Origin: an uncultured virus (IMG/VR IMGVR_UViG_3300037119_007256)
Taxonomy: Duplodnaviria > Heunggongvirae > Uroviricota > Caudoviricetes
Strand: one strand, 5' to 3'
Virus record (IMG/VR): IMGVR_UViG_3300037119_007256
Length of the DNA: 64,000 nucleotides
In this document: piece by piece, positions 46,280-54,530 of the stretch
Layout of the letters: each line of letters opens with the position of its first letter
Numbering within the stretch: position 1 is the first letter of the stretch
The notes under the pieces: generated by a model
The model's input: the letters and a program-made list of their open reading frames with translations, nothing else
The model's database searches: none
What the model was told of the DNA's origin: nothing
Translations under genes and position numbers: made by a program

Positions 46280-47869
46280 ATGGCGACGACGGACCCGAAA
46301 CCGAAGGCCCTGAAGCCTGGAGGCAGCATAACGGTGGCTGCACCGCCGGCGCGTATCGTCGGCGACGTCGGCCCCGGCGGAAAGGCGGCCGAGCTCCTCC
46401 GCGAGTACGTCTCAGCGGAGGAGTTCCGCTGGTCCGACTACCTGCGCTCACTCCCGCCCTGGATAGACGACACCACTCGCGACTTTGGCGAGGACCTGTA
46501 TGAGCGGATGCAGCTCGACCCGCAGGTCGCCAAATGCGTGAACATCATCAAGATGGGCGTGCTGTCGCAGGGGGTACACATCACGCCCACGGTCGACGAG
46601 GAGGACCCGAAGTATCCCGCCGCGAAGGAGGTGGCGGACTTCTGCAAGCGCAATCTGGCGGGCCTTGAGGCGCCGTTCGGCCCGCAGACCACGGTGTCGC
46701 TTTACTGGCAGTTGTGGGACCTATTGGACGCCGTGGCGCTGGGGAGTAAAGTCGCCGAGCAGGTGTACGAGGTCCCGCCGGCTGGGCAGGACAAGGGTCG
46801 CCTCTGCCTCAAGGCCTTGAAGACGAGGCCGCGGCGGTCCACTGCGTTTGTCGTGGACGTCCACATGAACGTCGTAGGCCTGCTGGGTATTATTCCGGGG
46901 GTCGCGGCCAGTGTCCTGACTGGGACCATGGTGGCGGAGAACGCGCCGAATATCCTGCCGCGGCGCAAGTTCGCCATTATGTCCGTCAGGCCGAAGGACG
47001 GCGACCCGCGGGGCCAGTCTATGTGTCGCCCAGCGTATAACGCATGGTGGCTCAAGCAGCAAGCGTGGCCCGAGTACCTCAAGTACCTGGCGCAGTTCGC
47101 GACACCCTCCTTGATCGGGTATACGGCCCCGGAGGCCGCCGAGGTGGAGGAGCTGGATGCGACGGGGAGCCCGGTCTATGACGAGGATACGGGGTTCATT
47201 GCGACGGTGAAGCCGGAGCAGGTGATGTTGGCGGCGTTGGTCAAGCTCCGCAACGGGTCGGCGGCGGCGTTCCCCAATGGGTCCAAAGTCGATCCGCTTC
47301 AGGTTGGCCAGTCGACCACGAGTGAGTTTACGCAGTTCTTCAAGCTGGCCAACGACGAGATCGCCAACGCTATCCTCTGCCAGACGCTGGCCACGGAGGA
47401 GGGCAAGTACCAGACCAGGGCGGCCAGTGGCGACCACCAGGATATCCTGAGCCTTACGATAGACCACGTGCGGCAAGCCCTGGTCAGCGTTCTGCGCTGC
47501 GATGTCCTGCGGAATCTGGTAGAGTGGAACTACGGCCCCGACGCCTTGGACCTGGTACCTGAGATAACGCTGGCCGGCTCAGAAAAGCATGACTTCAAGG
47601 AATTCGCGAGCGCCGTGGCGGCCCTGATGACTGCCGGGTACCTCGACCCCAGCCAGTACAAGCGGATCGACTCCTACATAGGCTTGCCGGAGCGCACCGA
47701 CGAGTCGGTCGAGATGGCCATAGAGGGCAAAAAAATGGCCCACGACCAGGCGAAGGCCGCGGCGGCGGCCGGTACAGCGGCGGGGGTGCCGCCGGGCGAA
47801 CCTCCGCCGCCCGGTGGGCCCCCGTCGGCCAAGGCAAGCGGGAAAAAGGCCCCAGCGGGGGGAGGGTAA
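46280..47869 (+). CDS. Portal protein (DUF935 / Mu gp29-like)
   Basis: YERMQLDPQV, LDAVALG, PRGQS..RPAY..WW.K, EIANAILCQTL and LVEWNYG motifs. Confidence 0.85.
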   Translation: MATTDPKPKALKPGGSITVAAPPARIVGDVGPGGKAAELLREYVSAEEFRWSDYLRSLPPWIDDTTRDFGEDLYERMQLDPQVAKCVNIIKMGVLSQGVHITPTVDEEDPKYPAAKEVADFCKRNLAGLEAPFGPQTTVSLYWQLWDLLDAVALGSKVAEQVYEVPPAGQDKGRLCLKALKTRPRRSTAFVVDVHMNVVGLLGIIPGVAASVLTGTMVAENAPNILPRRKFAIMSVRPKDGDPRGQSMCRPAYNAWWLKQQAWPEYLKYLAQFATPSLIGYTAPEAAEVEELDATGSPVYDEDTGFIATVKPEQVMLAALVKLRNGSAAAFPNGSKVDPLQVGQSTTSEFTQFFKLANDEIANAILCQTLATEEGKYQTRAASGDHQDILSLTIDHVRQALVSVLRCDVLRNLVEWNYGPDALDLVPEITLAGSEKHDFKEFASAVAALMTAGYLDPSQYKRIDSYIGLPERTDESVEMAIEGKKMAHDQAKAAAAAGTAAGVPPGEPPPPGGPPSAKASGKKAPAGGG

Positions 47870-47873
47870 GGCC

Positions 47874-48239
47874 GTGTCGGCGGACAAACTAGTATTGAAG
47901 ACCCTACTTCGTCACGAAAGGAAGCTGGCCAGAATGTCGCAAGAGGTGGTGGACCTGCAGAAAGCGGTCGCGGAGCAGGCGGAGGCCGTCGCAGAGGAGC
48001 ATGAGCAGATTAACGCCGAGCTCGACGCAATGTCGGCGCGGATCGAGGAGCTTGAGGAGCAGCTTGTCGCCGAGAACCCCGACATGGAGCTGATCGCGGC
48101 GGCCACCGCGGACATCAGGAAGCACACGGAGACTATCCAAGGTTACGTGGAGGGCGAGGAGCCCGAAGTGCCGGTCGTGCCGGTCGTTGACAACACGTTG
48201 CCGGGCGGGCCGCCAACGGCGACTCAGTTGCCGGCTTGA
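47874..48239 (+). CDS. Acidic coiled-coil protein
   Basis: Heptad-rich Glu/Ala sequence; start is GTG 47874 or ATG 47934. Confidence 0.55.
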   Translation: MSADKLVLKTLLRHERKLARMSQEVVDLQKAVAEQAEAVAEEHEQINAELDAMSARIEELEEQLVAENPDMELIAAATADIRKHTETIQGYVEGEEPEVPVVPVVDNTLPGGPPTATQLPA

Positions 48240-48254
48240 CGAGGAGGTGATACT

Positions 48255-48437
48255 GTGCCCATCTCAGCATGGTTCTGGGTTATCGCGGTGTTCGCCCTGG
48301 TGGCGTCGTTTGTGGGCGTCTACGGTTCAATGGAGCCACGCAATTGGGGTTGGCGCGGTTATTTCCTCGCTCTCCTGTTTCTATGGAGCGAAGTGTTGAT
48401 CCTGGGGTGGGCACAGTTCGGAGGGGTGGTGAAGTAA
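48255..48437 (+). CDS. Small two-TM membrane protein (holin candidate)
   Basis: GGAGG RBS; two hydrophobic segments; upstream of the lysin candidate. Confidence 0.5.
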   Translation: MPISAWFWVIAVFALVASFVGVYGSMEPRNWGWRGYFLALLFLWSEVLILGWAQFGGVVK

Positions 48438-48462
48438 ATAGCGGAGGAACGGAGGTCGTGGT

Positions 48463-48555
48463 ATGGACCCGTTCCTGCATTTCGTTGGACAGTTCAACGT
48501 ATGGTTGTGGCTCGCGAAGTTCCCAAGTGCGTTCGGCAACCTGCCGTCGTTCTGA
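48463..48555 (+). CDS. 30-aa amphipathic peptide (not in ORF track)
   Basis: GGAGG RBS; MDPFLHFVGQFNVWLWLAKFPSAFGNLPSF. Confidence 0.45.
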   Translation: MDPFLHFVGQFNVWLWLAKFPSAFGNLPSF

Positions 48556-48564
48556 GGTAAGCCT

Positions 48565-49203
48565 ATGGCTATAACTCTCACAAACTCGATAATCCGCGAG
48601 TACGTCGAGTACTGCGGCCATCCCCGTCCTGGGGATGGCCGTTTACACCTCGGCGGCTTCCGGGGCAGTCGCCGTTACCCGGCCGACGGGGTGGTACTTA
48701 GCCTCGTCGAGCCTATCCCGAACAGTTACGACGATCAAGTCATTGCGTTCGGCTTAGATCTGCTTAGCTACACGGGTACGCTCGACCCAGGCCGGTTCTA
48801 CAGCCAGCATCCGATGCGGCCGAAGGAGGGGTGTGCCCACATTGTTTGCATCGACGAGCCGTCGGGCAAGCCGTGCAACTACAAGCGTGGCCTGCACCGT
48901 GGCAAGAGCCCAGCGTTCGTGCAGGACGGGGCCATCGTGGTCTGGCGGGACAGGGACCGGGACATGGGCCAGGACCCGAACGAAGTGGCGCGGACGGAGG
49001 GCCACATCGGGCTGAACGGGCATCGTATGGGCACGATCCGCGCTGACATCGGCAAGTGGTCGGCCGGCTGTTGGGGGACCATGGACAAGTATTGGCAAGA
49101 GTTCTGGAAGCGCACGGCCCTTACCTTCCCGCAGGAGTCGTATTCCTTCTACCCGATGGACTTCGCGCTGTTCGCCAAGTGGTACGACACGGAGAGAGGT
49201 TGA
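48565..49203 (+). CDS. Putative endolysin with an L,D-transpeptidase-like His/Cys motif
   Basis: GLHRG...VWRDRDRD...GLNGH...WSAGC. Confidence 0.55.
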   Translation: MAITLTNSIIREYVEYCGHPRPGDGRLHLGGFRGSRRYPADGVVLSLVEPIPNSYDDQVIAFGLDLLSYTGTLDPGRFYSQHPMRPKEGCAHIVCIDEPSGKPCNYKRGLHRGKSPAFVQDGAIVVWRDRDRDMGQDPNEVARTEGHIGLNGHRMGTIRADIGKWSAGCWGTMDKYWQEFWKRTALTFPQESYSFYPMDFALFAKWYDTERG

Positions 49204-49430
49204 TGGCCCTTTACCCTGACCCCGATCGGCAACCGTTCGACTATCAGCGCCCGACCGAGGACAGCGTCGGGAAGATCACCGCCGTGCGTGGCGCCCTCAG
49301 GGACGCCTATGCGGTGCTCCTGGTCGCGGTCCCGGAGTGCGCCGAGCGCACCCTGGCGATCCGTAAGCTGGAGGAGTGCTCGATGTGGGCGAACAAGGCG
49401 ATTGTGTTTACTCAGGATGGTGAGAGCTGA
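49203..49430 (+). CDS. Acb2/Tad1-like hairpin protein (putative cyclic-nucleotide sponge)
   Basis: FDYQRPT...R...PECAERTLAIRKLEECSMWANKAI; TGATG-coupled at both ends. Confidence 0.7.
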   Translation: MALYPDPDRQPFDYQRPTEDSVGKITAVRGALRDAYAVLLVAVPECAERTLAIRKLEECSMWANKAIVFTQDGES

Positions 49431-49615
49431 TGCCCCGCCGCCCGACGACGGAACCGGAATCGGAAGACGAGCCCCTTTGTCCCGAGTGCGGCGAAGATGC
49501 CCGGGCTCCGAAGTGCCTCTGGGAACTGGGCCGGGACTACCCGCGTCATCCGGTGCGGAAAGCCTGGGTGGCGAAGCGAGCAGCGGTGTTGCCTCGGCAG
49601 GAGGAGAGGCCCTGA
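49430..49615 (+). CDS. Micro-ORF MPRRPTTEPESEDE..., with CPxCG
   Basis: Repeat-headed and TGATG-coupled. Confidence 0.55.
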   Translation: MPRRPTTEPESEDEPLCPECGEDARAPKCLWELGRDYPRHPVRKAWVAKRAAVLPRQEERP

Positions 49616-49821
49616 TGCCCCGCCGCCCGCTGCCGGAACCGATCTTCCGAGAGTTCCGCTGGGACGGCTGGCCGCTCTGCCCCCGCTGCGGCGAAGACGA
49701 GCTGTACTCGGTGGTGCTGAAGGGGTGGAGGAACGGCCAACCGGTGCCGCCGCGGGCGCAGTGCTTCGCGGGTGCCTTCGAGTGCTACGCATGCGGATCG
49801 TTCTTTGAGGGGGTTGCCTGA
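49615..49821 (+). CDS. Zinc-ribbon micro-ORF MPRRPLPEP... (CPRC...CYAC)
   Basis: Repeat-headed, GGAG RBS, TGATG-coupled. Confidence 0.6.
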   Translation: MPRRPLPEPIFREFRWDGWPLCPRCGEDELYSVVLKGWRNGQPVPPRAQCFAGAFECYACGSFFEGVA

Positions 49822-49855
49822 TGTCCCGCCGCCCACCGCCGGAAAGGAAGCCACG

Positions 49856-50085
49856 ATGAAAGTCAAGTGGGTCGGACGCTGGGACCCCTGTTCCCGGCTG
49901 CTGCGCCTCGCCCGCCTGATGTGGACGCGCGGCACTGTGGGTGACGGGCGGGGGTACAGCGCGAAGCTGACCCTCGCCCTCCGGCCGGCGCTGTTCGCCG
50001 TGCGCCGGGAGTGGCAGAGCGTGGCGGTTACCCTCCTGGGAGTGCAGGTCCATTATCAGCGGGCCTACGGGGGATCTTCGGCTGA
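49856..50085 (+). pseudogene. Small ORF MKVKWVGRW..., apparently frameshifted at the G5 run 50069-50073
   Basis: AAGGA RBS; one extra G would give YGGIFG-stop in a TGATG overlap with the next repeat. Confidence 0.4.
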
Positions 50086-50399
50086 TGGCCCGCCGCCCGC
50101 CCACCGGACCCCTGGGCTCGCCCTTGCGTCGCCTGCCGCCGGAACCGGAAGATGGGTCCACCCCCTGGCCCGCCTGCCCATTCTGCGGCGGCGCGGTCGA
50201 GCGCAGCGTGCTGGCGGCGTTCCTGACCTGTCAGGGCTGTCAGTGGGAGTTCCACCCGCCGCGACGGCCGGGACCGTGGCGGCCGGAAACGGTTGATGCA
50301 GCATGGCAGAACCCCGGGGGGCATCTCTTACTCTCTGGCACGGAGTCGGACGCGGAGTCCCCGCCCGCCCCCAGCCCCACCCCGCTCGAATATTGGTAG
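50085..50399 (+). CDS. Zinc-ribbon ORF MARRPPTG... (CPFC...CQGC)
   Basis: Repeat-headed; second internal RRLPPEPED copy. Confidence 0.55.
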   Translation: MARRPPTGPLGSPLRRLPPEPEDGSTPWPACPFCGGAVERSVLAAFLTCQGCQWEFHPPRRPGPWRPETVDAAWQNPGGHLLLSGTESDAESPPAPSPTPLEYW

Positions 50400-50408
50400 G
50401 AGAGCCTG

Positions 50409-51440
50409 ATGGCCCGCCGCCTGCCGCCGGAATCGGAAGACGACGAGTTGCTGAGATTGGACCCGCAGGCGGTGGGCGCGATGATCGCCGGCTTTATTGT
50501 TGCCGGGATCGCTGAGGGAGAAAATACGATGAGCGACTTCAAGACTGAGCCCCCGGCTGAGCCGCCCGCGACCACGGATGCAACTGATGACGCGACGGCG
50601 CGGCGACCCGGTACTTCCTGGCGGCCCGGCGGCATACGTCCGCCGGCCGAGCCGGTCCGCCCTAGCCCGCCGACCGGGGTGGGCCCCATCGTCGAGGTGC
50701 GGAGCAAAAACGACCTTCGCGACATGAAGTCGGGGTATACTTACCAGTGGGTCGGCGGGTTCAAACTGCGCGAGCAGTTGGCGATGGAGGGGCTGAAGGG
50801 CGTCACCCTTGTGGACCCTTGGATTGAGCAGGCATATGAGTCCAACATCTATGCCCGTAACTTCACGGACCTCACCATCCTTAACGGTAACCTGCATCGG
50901 TCGAAGACGAAGAGTGGGCTTCTTACAGACGGCGACTGCCAGGGCCTCCGGGTCTACGGCACCCAGGCCGACGAGAACGAGGAGCATGGCTTCTACTACG
51001 GGGCGCACAAGAAGAACGGGACCCCGTTTATCTTCGAGGACTGCATTGGGCGGCGCAACCATAGGTGTGGCATCCAGATCAACCTTGAAGGTCGCAACTG
51101 GTGGGTCGTCGGCGGACATATTCTCCGCTGCACCTGGGATGGGAACGCCTCCGAGCAGGGCTCCCAGTGTAACCTCGGCGGGTGGGACCGCGGCCTCTTT
51201 AAGGACTGCACCGTCATCAACGGCCAGGACGACGGGGTGATCCTTTGCGCGGTGGACGGCAAGGCGTCGAAGACTTGCCGGGTCGAAAGCACCTTCTTCA
51301 AGAACAACCGGGACGCACCCCTGAAGACGGCCGACGGCTCGAAGGGCCACACGCTGAGCAAGTGTACCTTTGACGAAATGCCGACGATGGCGGGTATTCG
51401 CAGTGACAAGACCAACCTGTGTAACGGTAAGAAGTTCTAG
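50409..51440 (+). CDS. Right-handed beta-helix protein with MARRLPPESED leader
   Basis: AGGAG RBS; beta-helix repeats (NEEHGFY, NHRCGIQIN, QDDGVIL). An alternative start at 50529 is possible. Confidence 0.65.
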   Translation: MARRLPPESEDDELLRLDPQAVGAMIAGFIVAGIAEGENTMSDFKTEPPAEPPATTDATDDATARRPGTSWRPGGIRPPAEPVRPSPPTGVGPIVEVRSKNDLRDMKSGYTYQWVGGFKLREQLAMEGLKGVTLVDPWIEQAYESNIYARNFTDLTILNGNLHRSKTKSGLLTDGDCQGLRVYGTQADENEEHGFYYGAHKKNGTPFIFEDCIGRRNHRCGIQINLEGRNWWVVGGHILRCTWDGNASEQGSQCNLGGWDRGLFKDCTVINGQDDGVILCAVDGKASKTCRVESTFFKNNRDAPLKTADGSKGHTLSKCTFDEMPTMAGIRSDKTNLCNGKKF

Positions 51441-51449
51441 GAAAGTAGT

Positions 51450-51683
51450 ATGAAGCCCCGGCGCACGGATCGCCAGGCAGCCCAGGAACGAATGACGCTG
51501 GCCCTGGTAGAGGCGTTTCTCGCCTCGGGCCGGCCGGCGGTTTACGTCACTGCCGATGCTACTCCGTCCCGGCGCCTCGCCATGGTGATGAATAACCTCG
51601 CCGCGGCTTGGGACCTGCCGGCAAGGGCGTCCGCGGAGGGGCCCAGGGTCTTGCTGAGGCGGATAGGGGAGGGCGGCCAATGA
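51450..51683 (+). CDS. Hypothetical protein
   Basis: Tiles in the operon with an ATGA overlap downstream. Confidence 0.45.
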   Translation: MKPRRTDRQAAQERMTLALVEAFLASGRPAVYVTADATPSRRLAMVMNNLAAAWDLPARASAEGPRVLLRRIGEGGQ

Positions 51684-52564
51684 CCACGGTCTCGTTCACG
51701 GTCGATATGGACCGGCATACGACGATACGCCCCAAATCTTGCCCAGCGTCGTCTGACGGCGACCTGGATGCCCTACGACCTGATCCAGCGTGGGAGGGCG
51801 AGCTAGGGGAGTCGCCGCTGGTCAGGTTCTGGGACCCGGACCAGCCCCGCGATGCTAGCGGGCGGTGGACGAGGGGCGGGTCGACTGCTACGGCCATTAA
51901 GAAGCCGGCCATCCAGGCGGCCAGGACCGAGAAGGGCGTCCAGACCGTGCCGGACGAGGTCCTTGACGCCCAGCTCGATGCCCTCTACCCTGTGGCGGAG
52001 TCGGCTAAAGCGGAAGTTGACGCTGAGGCCCACCGCATTGCCGTTACCGTGAACATGGGGTCGCGGGTGGCCAAGGCACCGCTAAAGGGCAAGGTCCGGG
52101 CCAAGCAAAAGGCGGTCGACTGGTTTGACAGCGATGTGACGAAGCTCGACGACATTGCGCGGAATACAATTGTCGCGAACCCTGTCGTTCACGATAAAAT
52201 AGTAGGGGAGCTTACGGCGAAGGGGGCGGCGGTCCGCCACTTCAAGGCAGAGGAGAACCCGATGGGCTACTCCGGGGTTAACCTCAAGCTCCCAACGTCG
52301 GCCGGCATGGTCGCAGAGGTTCAGCTCAATAGCCCGGCGATGATCTATGCCAAGGAGCCAGAGAAGACGGCCAGGGGTATCCTGGGGGACGCCCTTTACG
52401 ATAAGCTCAGGGCGGCGTCGGGGGTCGAGGGCGGCAAAGGGCATGCGCTGTATGAGGAGTACCGGGCGCTGCCGGAGAAGCACCCACGAAGGGCTGAGAT
52501 AGAGGCCGAGAGCCGGGCGTATTATGACCACATGCGGGGGTTCACACATGGGCGTATCGAGTAA
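51680..52564 (+). CDS. RelA/SpoT-like nucleotidyltransferase (small alarmone synthetase-like) with PRD leader
   Basis: LKGKVRAKQK, DIARNTI, GYSG, EVQL and GHALYE motifs. Confidence 0.75.
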   Translation: MTTVSFTVDMDRHTTIRPKSCPASSDGDLDALRPDPAWEGELGESPLVRFWDPDQPRDASGRWTRGGSTATAIKKPAIQAARTEKGVQTVPDEVLDAQLDALYPVAESAKAEVDAEAHRIAVTVNMGSRVAKAPLKGKVRAKQKAVDWFDSDVTKLDDIARNTIVANPVVHDKIVGELTAKGAAVRHFKAEENPMGYSGVNLKLPTSAGMVAEVQLNSPAMIYAKEPEKTARGILGDALYDKLRAASGVEGGKGHALYEEYRALPEKHPRRAEIEAESRAYYDHMRGFTHGRIE

Positions 52565-54398
52565 GCGGTTCCAGGAGGGCGACGTCTATCTGCGCGAGGA
52601 CTACTTCAAGGTATTCTTCCGTTACGATAGCGCGGCCGAGAAGTTCTACCGCAAGTTCATGGACAACCCCGGGGTCGAGAAAGAAGTCCACTATAGTAAC
52701 GGTTTGCTCAACGAGGCGCTCCAGACCGGTGAGGAGGTCACGGCGGAGGAGTACCAGGCTGGGCGGCCGGGGGCGCCGCCGGGCAAGTCACCAAATACCG
52801 AGGGTGACCTGGATTTTAGTGTGGCCACCGGCACGGACCTCGACGTGTGGGTGGCCAGGTTCGCCTTCGAGGAGGGGCAGCACCCACGGGACGCCGGCGG
52901 CAGGTTCGCGCCGGCGGGTGGTGGAGCGGATGCCCTGTCCCATGAGTTGTTCAGCAATGGCGACTATATATTTCATCGCATAACGGATCAGAACGAATTG
53001 GACGGGGCCACTACAGACCTATTCGGCAGGCCACTTACGAACAAAGAGATTAGCAACTTGGTGGGGGCAATAGACGGGGCCACGCTGAGGGTGTATGCCG
53101 CTCATATGAGGGTCCCTATCGCGGGTGTCGCCTCGTCTATCACTGTCGAAGTGGAGCACCCGCTGTATCGGCAGCGCCGGGAGATTATCAAGGATAGGGA
53201 CGGGAAGACCATCATCAGGAACAAGTCGTTCACCGCCGTCCCTAATGCTCCATATGGGATGGGTACACGAATTACAGCAAAACAAGTTCAAACAGCCAGG
53301 GCATTGGGGGTGGATCGTATTGAAACATGGGCGGCTGGTGGGCCGGCGGAGTCTGCCAACAATGGGTACTACACCTGGCCGCGGCTTGGGTATGAAATGC
53401 CGCTGATCGGCGGCACCCTAGACGCGGCATGGGCTGCCGGGTTCGAAGGCGCTAAGACAACGATTGACCTCATGCGGGCGCCAGGCGGAGCTAAATGGTG
53501 GGAAAAACACGGTACTGGTGGATTGGCGAAATTCGACCTGGACCCGGATAGTGCGTCTTCCCAGGTACTGGACAATTATCTCGAGGAACGGGGTGTGCGG
53601 CTAGGCGGATCAGCGGCGTTCAGGTCCGACATGGAAACGTGGCAAGAGGAAGCGGCGTTCGCCTTTGACGAAGCCGAGCACCCGCGGGACGCGGCTGGCA
53701 AGTTCGCCACAGCCGCCGGCGGCGGGGCAGATGCTTTATCGGCGGCCATGTTCGGCAGCCATAAACGGGAGTTCAAGGTCGAGGACGAGGAGGAGTTGCT
53801 CGCGGCTCAGGAGCACCTGTTCGGTAAGGCCATAACTAACGACGAGATCGCCGACCTGGTTGGCGCGGCGGATGGGGCCACCTTAGGGATAGAGGCCTAC
53901 TACAATTACCATGCCTCCACTGAGTCACACATCACGGTGGAGGTAGACCACCCGTGGTATACTCAAAACCGGGTGATATGCAAGTCGCCTGCCGGGGAGC
54001 TGGTCATCTACAACAAGTCGTTCGAGGCCGAGAAGGACGCCCCGGCGGGCATGGGGACGCGGATCATAGCCAGGCAGGTTCAGGCAGCCCGGGCCATGGG
54101 CGTCAAGCGGCTCGAGACATGGGGCGCCGGTAGTTTCAATGGGAGCATGAATGGGTATTACACGTGGCCGCGGCTAGGATATGTGGCGGAGCTGGACTAC
54201 ACCCAGAGGGAGATGGCGCGGGAGGCCGGGCTTGGGGAGGTTGAGACCACGGCGGACGTCATGCGGGCGCCGGGCGGGCCGGCCTGGTGGAAGAGGAACG
54301 GGTCCGCTGGAGTGATGAAGTTTGACCTGGACCCGGACAGTGTGTCCTCCCAGGCGCTGGAATACTACCTCGAGGAAAAGGGGGTGAAATTGTCATGA
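52548..54398 (+). CDS. Polyprotein: small immunity-like domain + two leader-tagged GNAT-like domains
   Basis: N-terminal ~70 aa ending GEEVTAEEY; two copies of GMGTRI...ARA.GV..ETW...NGYYTWPRLGY. Confidence 0.7.
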   Translation: MGVSSKRFQEGDVYLREDYFKVFFRYDSAAEKFYRKFMDNPGVEKEVHYSNGLLNEALQTGEEVTAEEYQAGRPGAPPGKSPNTEGDLDFSVATGTDLDVWVARFAFEEGQHPRDAGGRFAPAGGGADALSHELFSNGDYIFHRITDQNELDGATTDLFGRPLTNKEISNLVGAIDGATLRVYAAHMRVPIAGVASSITVEVEHPLYRQRREIIKDRDGKTIIRNKSFTAVPNAPYGMGTRITAKQVQTARALGVDRIETWAAGGPAESANNGYYTWPRLGYEMPLIGGTLDAAWAAGFEGAKTTIDLMRAPGGAKWWEKHGTGGLAKFDLDPDSASSQVLDNYLEERGVRLGGSAAFRSDMETWQEEAAFAFDEAEHPRDAAGKFATAAGGGADALSAAMFGSHKREFKVEDEEELLAAQEHLFGKAITNDEIADLVGAADGATLGIEAYYNYHASTESHITVEVDHPWYTQNRVICKSPAGELVIYNKSFEAEKDAPAGMGTRIIARQVQAARAMGVKRLETWGAGSFNGSMNGYYTWPRLGYVAELDYTQREMAREAGLGEVETTADVMRAPGGPAWWKRNGSAGVMKFDLDPDSVSSQALEYYLEEKGVKLS

Positions 54399-54529
54399 CG
54401 GAACCGAACAAGGACAAGGGGGTCGAGGAGCCGCCCAAGCTGACGCCGGCGGATGAGCGGGCGCTGGACAGGGCATGGGCCAAGGTCCGCGACAAGCCCA
54501 AGGCGCCGCCACCGCCTAAGGAGAAGTAA
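54395..54529 (+). CDS. 44-aa peptide (not in ORF track), possible GNAT partner
   Basis: ATGA overlap; MTEPNKDKGVEEPPKLTPADERALDRAWAKVRDKPKAPPPPKEK. Confidence 0.6.
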   Translation: MTEPNKDKGVEEPPKLTPADERALDRAWAKVRDKPKAPPPPKEK

Positions 54530-54530
54530 C

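Larger units (their letters stand above)
49427..50447 (+). repeat. Five dispersed copies of CTGATGNCCCGCCGCC, most followed closely by CCGGAA, heading consecutive ORFs
   Basis: Copies at 49427, 49612, 49818, 50082 and 50406. Confidence 0.8.

Noticed and set aside
49427..50447. Repeat array as CRISPR or integron attC sites
   Set aside because: Intervals of about 185-325 nt are coding, the repeats are not palindromic, and no Cas or integron integrase is visible.
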